A DNA stretch of 64,000 nucleotides from the NCBI GenBank assembly GCA_038087875.1, contig CM075992.1:870001-934000 (forward strand), in the 5' to 3' direction. Position numbers and translations under genes: made by a program. The notes under the pieces are model-generated. The model had not been told where the DNA came from. It saw only the letters and a list, made by a program, of their open reading frames with translations, and did no database searches. Of this stretch, positions 50,440 through 62,709 are shown in pieces (position 1 is the stretch's first letter; every line of letters begins with the position of its first letter). This DNA is from Malacoraja senta. Taxonomy: Eukaryota.

Positions 50440-53040
50440 ATTCTGAATCAACAATTTTTTATTAGACATTTCATTTTAATATTCTTATTGCTTAAAGCAT
50501 CTCAATTAGCAAGAATAAACTCTAGAAAACCCACCTATTCATTTTGTGCATTCCATTCAAAACACATGGCTTTTATTTATTATAATTTCAAATAATTCAC
50601 TCATTTATAAAGCGCACTGACAGCTGGTGTTTGCACAAAGGATACCAAGGCTCTGTATCTCAGTTCCAATCTGCAATTCAATCCCACGAAAGGGATACAC
50701 GACCAGCTAATTGGCAACTAGCCATCCTACACTTCCACATGGAAGCGCATTGCAAAGGCCTGCAGCCCACTGCCAATTTACGGAACCTTTGAGCAAAGAA
50801 ACTCAACGTAAGACAGCACATCTGTAAAGGAGCCCTGCTTCCATAAAAATTCAAGTACAACGACCAACTAGGCAAGACAATGCTGGAGTGCAAAAGGGAA
50901 AGTTGAACCACTATCCAACCACAGTTGAATCTAGGACAGGGTGCACAAGGGTGGAGGCAGAGAGAAGGTTTCCATTAGTTTCTTTCCACTTTCAGCTATT
51001 CCCAACACATATGCAATATTTTTTTTACACAAGCCTTGCAATGTATCCCCAGATAGACACAATATGCTGGACAAAACACTCAGCGGGACAGGCAGCATCT
51101 CTGGAGAGAAGGAATGGGTGATGTTTTGGATCGAGACCCTTCTTCAGACTGTCCCCTGCCCTGACCTTCCCAGGTGGCTGTATCAATGTTTTGTATATGA
51201 TGGAACCCGGGACTCTGGCACCGTGAGGCAGCATCTCTACCGCTGCGCCACCCTAATTGTTGTTAACTTCTAGCTAACATAGGGAAGCACCCTGTTCATC
51301 CTCAGCTTTCAGCAGCCGTGGCTAAAGGCACCTTCTGGTTTAGTCAGTTTCCAATACATTTCACTGATGCACAAACACCTGTGAGACAGAATGCATCAAG
51401 TGCCTCCTGTTGAACTGCAAATGAAAACAGAACTGCAACTTTAGTCATTTCCAAACTGATGGGAGACCAGAGAAAGATCTTAGAGGGAAAACTAAATCGC
51501 AAAATGTACAAGGTAAAAGTCACCCGTCAATTGAGAGTAAACACAGTAAAATCATTCACAAAACCAATCGTGACCATCGTTGTAAAATTGTAAAATCCTC
51601 CAAATATTACATGGAAACACCTCTTAAGCAAAAAATTAGTCACACATGTCACATCCATTAAACAAGACTGTAGTTAAACTTCACCAACCTGATAACCCAA
51701 GAATTTGATTAGATATGTACAAGTTAATATCCCGCAAGTTCACAAATCAAGACGATAATTTCAGATGCTGCAGAATTAAGGAAAGCTCAGTACCCATTTT
51801 AAAAGGAGGACATCTTGTCCTCATTTAGCTATCCATCCATACCCAGCCTCGTATGGAAACTACCAATGTAAACAACATATTGTAAGCACATCTCCCTAAT
51901 AGTCGGGGCGCATACACGTAGAAGATTGTGGGTATAATATGAGAAGTTTAGTCATTCAGATTCTATTGTATAGATATTGGAATTTATAATAGAAAAACAG
52001 CAAGCAGAAGCACGATATATAATATAAATATATTTTTGTAAACGTCGCAGATTAATTGACAAGCACACCGAGTCCTGCATGAGTCAACACACAGTCATGA
52101 ACCCCCCCCCCCCCCCCGCCCGCTCTCAAGATTTCAATTTTAAGGCTTTCATTGCATTTTTGGAATATACACTTTTCTAAAATAATAAAATCTTTTAAAA
52201 ATATACAAGAAACACCAGTTACAACCTTGTCACTCGAAGTAAAGCTCCAAAGTGACACATTTAAGGAGGATGTAAGGGTCAGAAGACAAAGCACAGAGAT
52301 GATGTTTGTGATGAGCCCATCCCATCATCATGGGCTCAATGGAGACATTTTATATTCAGGATAGACACAAAATGCTGGAGTAACTCAGCAGGACAGGCAA
52401 CATCTCTGGATAGAAGAGTTACTCCAGCACTTTGTGTCTATCTTCAGTTTAAACCAGCATCTACAGTTCCTTCCTGCACATTTTATATTTACCATGAAAA
52501 AGATTCCTGTTAATATGAAGCTACAGTTGGACAGTCAGCTACCACCTGACTGTAGGAAGATGCTTCATCTTATTAGATACTCTGTGTGTTTAATATTTGC
52601 CCAGTTTCTTTGGGCTTTCTAGTTTATTTGCAGAATCTCACTAAGTGCATCTCACATAAAGGATGAAGAACAAGTCCTGCAGAGCAGTCCTCAATTTACG
52701 CTTGAACGGCACTTGACCCTGTTGCAGAACAGCCCACCCACCTCGGCCAGCAGGGTAATTCCCCACCAGATGGGTGAAAGACCCCAGCGTTAGGACTGCA
52801 GCCAAGCCTTGGAACAGAGATCATCTCAACCTCAGATGTGTCAGATAGTGTCTAGAACAAATTCCAAACCACTAAAGAAACCCAGTACTTTTCTTCCATG
52901 AACTTCTTATCCCTGGTGTCGCTCCTCCTCTTACTTTAAATAGCATGGGTCTAATTTGGGAGCACACTGAAGCGAGACTGCAGTGAGGTGCTTGCAGACA
53001 GGAGATGGACAAACATTCTGCTGCCAATGGTGTACGCAGG
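50440..53040 (-). other. Probable long 3' UTR of the SAM gene with AATAAA signals (50458-50463, 50572-50577)
   Basis: AT-rich, relatively repeat-poor stretch directly downstream of the stop codon. Confidence 0.45.
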
Positions 53041-53190
53041 TCAGCAAGATGGCGCCTCGTTGTTAAAATGATGCAATTGTAGAACCTTGATATGAAATTC
53101 GTATATCTTCAGTGCCGGCCCCAGTTTAATTGCCAGTCCTGTCAGAACATCGTTCCTCTTCATTAGAAGTAGGGACTTCCCATCGATCTC
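53041..53190 (-). CDS. SAMD1: SAM-domain protein last coding exon ([49 protein letters not shown])
   Basis: cag acceptor, 50 codons ending TGA; SAMD1/SAMD13 SAM signature; HIKVLQxxHF favours SAMD1. Confidence 0.8.
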   Translation of the reverse strand, partial: EIDGKSLLLMKRNDVLTGLAIKLGPALKIYEFHIKVLQLHHFNNEAPSC

Positions 53191-55370
53191 CTGGAGTAAA
53201 AAAGATTACAATTTGTCCACGGACAAAATAATTTCAATACAATGATGCAGCAGGATGAGTGAGGTTCCTCGCGTTTATATATTGACCTTGCACGCTTGTT
53301 CAATGGCCCAGGTGGCAACGCCCTCTGTCTCAGCTACAACCTTTTGTGAACACAAGGGTACGAGACACTGGTTGGAAGCCACAACCGCGGTGGTGAAGCA
53401 GTTGACCCACTGTGCTGCAGCCCCAGGACTGAAGCTGACCCTCAGTATTGTCCGCGCAAGGGTTGCACTTTCTCCCTGACACCGAGCTAGTTTCCTCCCT
53501 CATCCCAATTACCTGCTGGATGGTTACTTGCTCACTTCAAACCATCACTACTGCAAGTATAAAGTCATTGGCAAATGTGCAACAAAAAAAAAGAGCCAAG
53601 GGCGATTTTATGAGTTTGTGTAATAATGTGTAGGGATACAAGGAGATTAGGAGAGGGGGAAATGGGACAACCCAAAACATCACCTGTCCATGTCCTCTAG
53701 AGATACTGCCTGACCCGCTGAATTACTCCACAGCTTGGTGTTTTTTTTTGGTAAACCAGCTCCTGCAGTTCCTCCTGTCTCTCGCTTTAAGAGAATAATG
53801 TTGTTTTCAGAATCCTCACTACAAAGCCCAGTGCAACACAACGTGTGATGAGACCAGGTTACTCGGTGTGTGTATATTCACTTGCAGCAGCTGAACGTCA
53901 CACTTGCACCTCAGCTAGAGAGACCACACATGGCTGCTATCAGCGATGAAGCAAGAAGAGCCTGCACTCAGGAACAGGGACTCCCAAACCTGTGTTCTGC
54001 AGGAACTGTGCTGCGATTGTTGATACTCTGCAGCTGCTGGCTTTACTGCCGGGACCTCTTAGGGAGGCAAGGTGCCTCACAGCGCCAGACACACGGGTTC
54101 AACCCTGTCTTGTCGGTACGGAGTTTGTACGTTCTCCCCTCTGCGTGGGTTCCCCCCCCAAATCTTCAGTTTCCTCCCACACTCTAAAGACGTATAGGTT
54201 TGTAAGTTAATTGGCTTGGTACAATTGTAAAATTGTCCCTAGTGTGTGTAGGGTAGTGTTAAAATTTCACTGTGACTTGTCGGTGCGGACTCGGTGGGCC
54301 GAAGGGTTTGTTTCCACGCTGTATCTCTAAACTAAACTAAACTCTTGATGTGTGGCCCACGCGCATCTGGCAATAATCCTACAGTTGCCCTCTTGGATGT
54401 GCCTGAGGGAAACCACTGCAATGTTCTGTTTTAAATAAAATGCTCTTCCTGGCAGCTGGATGTGTTCACCATTGAACACGGGGTGCTCACATCCACATTT
54501 AATCTTGCACCCATTTTAGTTGGTTGTAAGCCAACTGTTTTGGTGGCACTCCCCTCTTGTAAACAAATATTTTGTGGCAAATACCAGTAACTAGTTCCAG
54601 TGAAAATAAAACAGCCCTCGTGTAGAACCCATTAAGTAAGAGCAGCAAGTGTAAATGAACAGCAGCTCCCTTGTGGCAGAATTCCATTCCATCTATCGGG
54701 CACTCAGCAGGGATTTTATGGTTAAAGGGATTTTAAGTGCAGAGTTTATTGGCATTAGTTTATTATTGTCACATGTGAAGGACAGTGAAAAGCTTTGTTT
54801 TGCGTGCTGTCTGTACTTAAAATACCTTTAACCATAAAACACTTCTTGAGGAATTCAGAAACATCGGCACTGCTTGTAAATTCGATATCACAGAAATTGA
54901 AGAAGGGCTTCACACTCATAAGTTCATAACTTCTAGGAGCAGAATAAGGCCATTCGGCCCATCAAGTCTACTCCGCCATTCAATCATGGCTGATCTATCT
55001 TTCCCTCTTAACCCCATTCTCCTGCCTTCTCCCCATAACCCCTGACGTCCTTACTAGTCAGTCAATCTCTGCCTTAAAAATAACCATTGACTTGGCCTCC
55101 ACAACTGTGTGGCAATGAATTCCATAGATTCACCCCCGTCTAACTAAAGAAATTCCTCCTCATCTCCTTCCTAAAGGTACATTATTTTATTCTGAGGCTC
55201 TGGCCTCTGGTCCTAGACTTTCCCACCAGTGGAAATATCCTGTCCATGTTCACTCTACCCTGGCCTTTCACTGTACTGTATGTTTCAATACGGTCCCCCC
55301 TCATCTAAACTCCAGCGATTACAGGTCCAGTGCCGTCAAACGCTCATCATATGTTAACCCAGTCACTCAC

Positions 55371-55482
55371 TTGATCCTCGAAAGCAACGGCCTGCTCTGG
55401 GAATCCGGCTGCTTTAAAATAATTCACCACGTCAACGATACTCCATTCCGTCGGGTCTACAGATTTCCCTTCCTCTTCCAGC
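55371..55482 (-). CDS. SAMD1: SAM-domain protein penultimate exon (LEEEGKSVDPTEWSIVDVVNYFKAAGFPEQAVAFEDQ)
   Basis: 112-bp exon, cag/gtgag boundaries; DPxEWxxxDVVxYFxxAGFPEQA motif. Confidence 0.82.
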
Positions 55483-55888
55483 CTGTTAACAAAGAAGCCA
55501 AGAATAAACCACCTTCTTAATACCCTTCTAATTCACATCTCCAACTAAGCCTGACCGCACTTGCTCCTCAACCAACTGAGATGCAAAAGTGACGTAGGTG
55601 AAGAAGTGGCTGAGATGGCGGAAACACAGATAAAAGGCAATGCTAAGTAGGGGTTACCAAGTCAAGTTCAGTTTATTATATCGTCACGTGTACTGAGGTT
55701 CTGTGAAACGAGAGAATGGGATGCGAGTGGTCCCTTTATTATGTTTACTGCTTTTCCTGAGACATCATGACTCATTCACGGTTGAAGTTACACAGACAGG
55801 CAAAGCCGAATGTGCAAGGATCATAGATAAGGATAGGCAGTACAAAATGTAATGGGAGCCCTGAACTCTACAAGAGTGTGTTACTTAC

Positions 55889-55985
55889 AGGTGTCTATCT
55901 GTGGGGCCGTTCTCTTCAGGAACCATCTCTACTGGAGAAGCCAATGGCGTAAGTAGACAGGAAGCACCGCCAACCTCAGGAACTG
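55889..55985 (-). CDS. SAMD1: Probable upstream exon of the SAM gene (VPEVGGASCLLTPLASPVEMVPEENGPTDRHL)
   Basis: ttttagcag NAGNAG acceptor, gtaagt donor, open frame, phase 2 end matches next exon; little recognisable homology. Confidence 0.55.
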
Positions 55986-58900
55986 CTAAAACAAGAGTAA
56001 AATACAAACATCAGACTTTAGGCAGCAAACATCTGGTGAATCACAATGACCCACGTCTATAAATCTATAATTTTTATATATATATAAACAATATATAAAA
56101 ATATATTCTCCGTGACCCGCGTGGGTTTTCTCCAGGAGCTCTGGTTTCCTCCCATTTTCCAAAGACGCGCAGGTTTGTAGGTTAATTGGTTTCTGTAAAT
56201 TGTCCCGTGTGTTGGATAGAACGAGTGTATGGGTGATCGTTAGTTGCGAGGACTCGGTGGGCCTAAGGGCCTGTTTCCACGCCGTTTCCATCTCTCTTAA
56301 CCGTTTACAATTGTTTAAAATATTTCCTAGTCTCTTCAATTTTACTGTTTAAAATGTAAATATTTAGTGTAAATTCTGCGCTTTGCGACACAAACTGCCA
56401 CAGTTGTAAGCTTTGGGATATGGCAGGACTAAATCAGGGTAGATCTCGCTATGTACAATCACATCAGTGAATGACGAAGAAGCTTGTGCAGACAAAGAGT
56501 GGTTTAACGGATATCGAACCAATATGGGGAAGATGTGGGCCAATAGATTACAATTCATAGCACATAACAAATAGAATCAGAACCACTAATCAGAACCACA
56601 CAAATATTTCAGATTTCAACGCCAGCAAAAATCAAAAGAAATTGGCCTGGACACAAAATGCTAGAGTAACTCAGCAGGTCAGGCAGCAACGCTGAAGAAA
56701 AAAGGGCCTCGACCCGAAACGTCACCTATCCTTTTTCTAAAGAGATGCACCCTGACCCGCTGAGTTACCCTGGCATTTTGTGGCTATTTTCGATGTAAGC
56801 CAGCATCTGCAGTTCCTTCCTTCACAAAAGTAATTGGCCTCACAGTCCTCAAGAATGGGAAATCTAAGGGGAGGTTTCACAGAAGGGTTCAAAAGTATGA
56901 AGGATTTAGAAAGGGAACACAAGGAGTATTGAGGCCACTTGGCGCAGGGCAGGCGTGCTAATGGGTCATTGTGCGGTGCATTAAAGAATACTTTGGCTGT
57001 GGCAGAAATGCAGCTGATTTGAGCACTGCCAGAGGCACAGGAGTGCAGGGCCCCGACATGCTTTGTTGCATTCTGCAGCGCTGGAAAACCAACAAAGAAA
57101 TGCTCTATCCAATTCACCTCTACCGCATTGCAGAAATTGGACTTTGTCTCTGGAACTGATGCTGAGAACTATATTCTGCGCTCTGTATCTTCCCGTTAGC
57201 TCCACCCAATGTATCTGAGTTTGACGATCGTATTTATGCATGGTCCATCTGGTCTGTTTGAATAGCATGCAAAACAAAGCTTTTCACTGTACCCCGGACA
57301 ATAATAAATCTAATCTAATCCTCTGACTGAGATCAAATACCATGGGAGGAGAGAGAAGAGATGCTGCCTGTCCCGCTGAGTTACTCCAGCATTTTGTATC
57401 TTAGCAATCTCCATACACTATCATTACCCTAAACACACACACTAGGGGCAATGGGGTGGGAGATTGCAACCTTCACGTGGTCCACCCTGTTTCGACGAAT
57501 GCAATCAACCCTACGTGTACAAACAAATAGATCAAATAGAACAAGTTGACCTACAACGTTAGGCTGTGCACGCCATTCGCATGAAGCAGACTAGATAATT
57601 TACATTTACACCAAACCAATTAACCTACAAACCTGTACGTCTTTGAAGTGTGGGAGGAATCCGGAGCTCTCGAGGAAAACCCACGGTCACGGGGAGAACG
57701 TACAAACTCCACATGGACAGCATCTGACCCGGGTCACTGGCGATGTGAGGCTGCAGCTCTACCAGCTGTGCCACAGAGCCGCCCATATTAGTTTTGGATA
57801 CAGTTGAATTGAGTTTACTGTTGTACACACAAGTACACCTGCTGTGTTTCACCCTACTTGTGCATATGACTATAAACTCAACCAAATCGCATCCACTAGT
57901 TCAGTTTAGTTTATTGTCACGTGTACCGAGGTACAGTGAAAAGCTTTTGTTGCATGCTAACCAGTCAGCAGTAAGACAATACATGATTACAATCGATCCA
58001 TTTACAGTGTATAGATACATGATATGGGAGTAATGTTTGGTGCAAGGTAAAGCCAATAAAGTCCAATCAAGGATAGTCCAAGGGTCACCAACAAGGTAAA
58101 TAGTATTTCAGCACTATCTACCTCTTTGGTGACCTTCGGACAATCCTTGATTGGACTTTGCTGGCTTTACCTTGCACCAAACGTTATTCCCTTACCATGT
58201 ATCCAAAATTAATATGTTATATATTAGGCAGTTCTGGCTGTCACTTACAGAACCAGCAATAGAAATACAGCTTTATTTGACTCTGCTACAAAGCTGCCTT
58301 CGGTAATCGGAGATTAACCCTCATATCCAACATCTGCAGAAGCAGGAAGCAAAAGGAAAGATCAAACAACATTTGGAGTTCAGAAACTTCAAATAAGAGG
58401 TGATCCTCTTGTGCCTAAGGTGTAGTTCACAGCAGACTGTACAGCACATTGAAATACTATCAGAGAGGCACCGACACCAGAGACTACACACGGCTGCATA
58501 GAAAGAGGCACACTGCCAAAAATATATAATCCCTTTTAATAAAACATCTCAATGTAATCAAAGAAATTTAGACATAAGGAGATGATCAAAATCTTGGCCA
58601 AGACATGATTTTAAAGAGCTGCTTGAAAGCTGGGTGGAACGATCGAGATTTCAACTGCAGCTTAAAGGGAGGCCACCAGTGGAGGAGCATGAATTAGCAA
58701 GAAGGTGCCAGGGCCAGAATGGAGACAGACAGAGAGCCTGGGAGGAGTGCGCAGAGGTGACAACAAATTGGAACGGAGGGGGAATAAGGGAAAGGAGCAA
58801 TTTGGAAATAAGTATGAAGGAACTGCAGAAGCTGGTTTACACCAAAGATAGAGACAAATGTTGGAGGAACTTTGAATAAATTTGACTAGCTTTGTTCCTG

Positions 58901-60559
58901 AGAATTTGTTTTCTCTTCTTAAGGCATTGTGTCTTCCTAACAAGATGAAGTGCAAGTCCAAGTGTAGAAAAAGTGGCAACCCCTGGGTACGTCGTCGTGA
59001 GAAATCCTGCTCTGTGCCTTGTTCCCTGCTCAGTCCTATTGCCTGGGATAAGTTTCAATTCACAATGTGAGGGTTTATTGGGGCTGCAACTCCAGCCCAG
59101 TCACACAGCTTGATTTAGTGATTCGTACGGGTGTCAGGGGTCATGGGGAGAAGACAGAGAATGGGGCTAGTAGGGAGAGATAGACCAGCCATGATTGAAT
59201 AGCGGAGTAGACTTGATGTGGGCCGAATGGCCTAATTCTGCTCCGATCACACGACTGCTCTTCAGTTCCATGAAATGCTTCATTAAATTAATAAACAGAA
59301 AATAACCGGACACCCTTCAACCTGCGTTAGCAAGTTTGAAGAGTGTTTCTAACAATAATAGTCGATGCACTTGTGCAGCACACCTGTTCATTTCTGAAGG
59401 GATTGTGCCGTGGCAATCTGGTTTGGAGACACTCATGCTTACAGATGACAGACAAATCCAGACACTGTCATCACATGAAACAGAGTGCCATAAATGTAAA
59501 AACTATGTTGTACAATTTGTAATAAAAAGGAGCAGTCTTGTTTGATGCTGTATCATATTAATTCATTTAAATTGCAAATACTTCAGTTTTAATTTGTCCT
59601 TCACGAATACGGTCAAACTCAGATAGTCTGCTCAGTGACTACATGGAAATCCTGATGGTTTGGTAACTGGTTCACCCAGTTGCTGTACTCCATTCCCACT
59701 TCCTGCCAAGGGCGGTACAGTGACGCAGCCAGTAGCTCACACTAGTGCTATATTAACCCACTTTCTCACCTATTCCCTACACACCAGCAACAATTTAGTA
59801 GGTGGACCCGGTGGGCCTGCCTTCACGCTGCATCTCCAAATTAAACTCGTACAAAAGATGAAATGAAAAAATGAAACTCGTTTGGGCCTGTTTCCACGCT
59901 GCATCTCTAAATTAAACTAAATAAAAAGGTCCCCAAGATAGGATTCAAGTGCCACACCTTTTTAAAGCAGAAACCTAGAGCGAGCCAACTGTGTCTAAAA
60001 AAAACTTTATTCCAAGCCTTATTTACCCTCAAGTGAAAGTACAAGATCAATGTTGACACAGGAACTTTCCTTTCCCAATATATTTTTTTAAATGGAACGA
60101 CAGCTCAAAAACAACAGACACTGGGGCACACAGCAGAGAAACCGGTCCTTTGGCACATCTGACGTCTGCTGGCCACGTTGTCTTACTGAGCTAGTACCAC
60201 GCCCATCTCCCCTCTAAACATTTCCTATCCATTACTCATTTTGGACAGCCTGAAAGCAGGGCAGAAATAATGCAGCTACGAGGCTCCGGACCGGACTGAG
60301 CAACGGCTCGATTACAATCATGCATTGTCTTTCTGCTGGCTGGTTAACGTGCAACAAAAGCTTTTCACTGTACCTCGGTACACATGACAATAAACCGAAC
60401 TGAACTACGGGCTCTTGCATGACACCCAAGGCAATGGACTGAAATGCACAGGAACCAGCTGCAACCGAACGACAGGCATGGCACCTGCAATGAAGCGACA
60501 GGCACGGCAAAGGCTGCAATGGAGCAACAGTCGTGGTACTGGCTGCAACAACGCAACTT

Positions 60560-61045
60560 ACATCAACTGCACTCGAGTTACACGTATAGTATCTACTACA
60601 ATGGAGCTCCATGCGCAACATCAACTGCACTGGAGTGGCATGCACAGCATCAATTGCACTGGAGATAGACACAAAATGCTGGAGTAACTCAGCGGGACAG
60701 GCAGCATCTCTGGAGAGAAGGAATGGGCGACGTTTCAAGTCGAGACCCTTCTTCAGACGGCATCAACTGCACTGGAGTTGCATGCACAGCATCGACTGCA
60801 CTGGGGTTGCATGCACAGCATCGACTGCACTGGAGTTGCATGCACAGCATCGACTGCACTGGGGTTGCATGCACAGCATCGACTGCACTGGGGTTGCATG
60901 CACAGCATCGACTGCACTGGGGTTGCATGCACAGCATCAACTGCACTGGAGTTGCATGCACAGCATCGACTGCACTGGGGTTGCATGCACAGCATCGACT
61001 GCACTGGGGTTGCATGCACAGCATCAACTGCACTGGAGTTGCATC
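60560..61045. repeat. 29-bp minisatellite (gcatcgactgcactggggttgcatgcaca), interrupted by a Penelope-terminus insertion at ~60664-60759
   Basis: About 10 near-perfect copies at 60760-61045 plus degenerate copies to the left. Confidence 0.92.
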
Positions 61046-61099
61046 TTCTGCAGCAGACTGCAGGTGTTCCAGGAGCTTCAGCACTGACATCCGGTCACC

Positions 61100-62110
61100 T
61101 CAACTGCTAGACCCGTGACGTCAGCGGCACTGGTCACATGAGCTGGGGAGCCCCGCCACGTTTGGCGTGGACCCGCCTCCCCTCGCCCCCCATTGGCGGA
61201 GCCCGCCGCCACACGGCCCGCCCCAAGATCCCCATTGGCGGAGCCCGCTGTCACACAGCGTGGACCCGTCTCCCCATGCTCCCTATTGGCTGATCCCGCC
61301 GCCACACGACCCGCCCCTAGATCCCCATTGGCGGAGCCCGCTGTCACACAGCGTGGACCAGCCTCCCATCGCCACCCATTGGCTGATCCCGCCGCCACAC
61401 GACCCGCCCCTAGATCCCCATTGGCGGAGCCCGCTGTCACACAGCGTGGACCCGCCTCCCCTCGCTCCCCATTGGCTGATCCCGCCGCCACACGGCCCGC
61501 CCCTAGATCCCCATTGGCGGGGCACGCTGTCACATAGCGTGGACCCGTCTCCCCATGCTCCCTATTGGCTGATCCCGCCGCCACACGACCCGCCCCTAGA
61601 TCCCCATTGGCGGAGCCCGCTGCCACAGCGTTGACCCGCCCCCCTTCGCCCCCCATTGGCGGAGCCCGCCGCCACATGGCCCGCCCCTAGATCCCCATTG
61701 GTGGGGCCCGCTGTCACACAGCGTGGACCAGCCTCCCATCGCCACCCATTGGCGAGGCCCGCTGTCAATTAGACGCCCTCCCCGCTTCCTATTGGCGTTG
61801 ACCGCCGTCACTCAGGCCGCCGCCCACCAAACCGCCCGCCCATTGCAGCGCCCCCTGCTGTCCCGTCCCGTGCGCTGCTCTCCGCTCCCCTCACTCGGCC
61901 GCCGCTGACCACTGCCATGTGGTGCCGCCAGCCCCTCGCTCTCTCTCCCTCCATCTCCATCTCCTCACCCGGCCGCTGACCACTGACCGCTGACCACTGG
62001 CCGGAGCCCGCGCCGCTCTCGGACCGTGCGTCCCGCCGCGCGCATGCGCGGCCCCGCTTACCGCCGACGCGATGACGCGACCACGGCGTGACGTTGTGTA
62101 TTCACGTCAC
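61100..62110. promoter_or_regulatory. CpG island, probable promoter of the SAM-domain gene
   Basis: High GC/CpG; CRE TGACGTCA 61116-61123, NRF1 GCGCATGCGC 62040-62049, 14 ATTGG/CCAAT boxes, many CCCGCC boxes. Confidence 0.7.
61165..61770. repeat. GC-rich minisatellite, 93-bp period (two related subunits), ~6.5 copies
   Basis: Recurring gtggacccg..attggc..cccgccgccacacg..cccgcccctagatccccattggcggagcccgctgtcacacagc; 31-aa periodicity in ORF track. Confidence 0.9.
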
Positions 62111-62265
62111 AAGGTCACAAGTGACTGTAGCAGAATGAGGCCATTCGGCCCATCAAGTCAATTCCTCCATTCAATCAGGGCTGATCTATTTCTCCCTCCT
62201 AACCCCATTCTCCAGCCTTCTCCCCTTAACCCCTGACACCCGTACTAATCAACAATCTAGCTCCG

Positions 62266-62709
62266 GTCGGTCCGCAATAACCAACCTGACCTCCCGGTGG
62301 CTCAGCACTACAACTCCCCCTCCCATTCCGTATCTGACCTCTCTGTCCTGGGTCTCCTCCATGGCCACAGCGAGCAACACCGTAAATTGGAGGAAATGCA
62401 CCTCATATTCCGCTTGGGCAGTCTACATCCTGGGGGCCTCAACATTGAATTCTCCCAATTCTGCTAGCCCTTGCTGTCCCCTCCCCTTCATCAGCCCTCT
62501 GGTTGTCTCCTCCCCTCCCCCAGCCCTCGGGCTCCTCCTCCGCCTTTGTCCTTTTTTCCTTTCTTCTCCCCACCCCCTATCAGTCTGAAGAAGGGTTTCG
62601 GCCCGAAACGTCACCTATTTCCTTCGCTCCATAGATGCTGCTGCACCCGCTGAGTTTCTCCAGCATTTTTGTGTACCTTCGATTTTCCAGCATCTGCAGT
62701 TCCTTCTTT
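62266..62709 (+). mobile_element. Penelope-like element 3' fragment (GIY-YIG C-terminus plus terminal repeat) with 15-bp TSD
   Basis: Frame ...PDLPVAQHYNSPSHSVSDLSVLGLLHGHSEQHRKLEEMHLIFRLGSLHPGGLNIEFSQFC* ending 62467; TSD aacaatctagctccg at 62251-62265 and 62710-62724. Confidence 0.85.

Noticed and set aside
57454..57590. Distinct short repeat-like insert within a SINE
   Set aside because: Looks like another retroelement 3' end, but I cannot classify it from one copy.
60611..61118. Cys/His-rich ORFs resembling metal-binding repeats
   Set aside because: Translations of the 29-bp minisatellite on both strands.
61078..61677. 199-aa and overlapping ORFs in the CpG island
   Set aside because: Open only because the GC-rich 93-bp repeat is a multiple of 3; periodic low-complexity peptides in several frames.
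61890..61918. ATGGCAGTGGTCAGCGGCGGCCGA|gtgag as coding exon 1 of the SAM gene
   Set aside because: Ends in phase 0 whereas the next identified exon needs phase 1; unsupported without transcripts.
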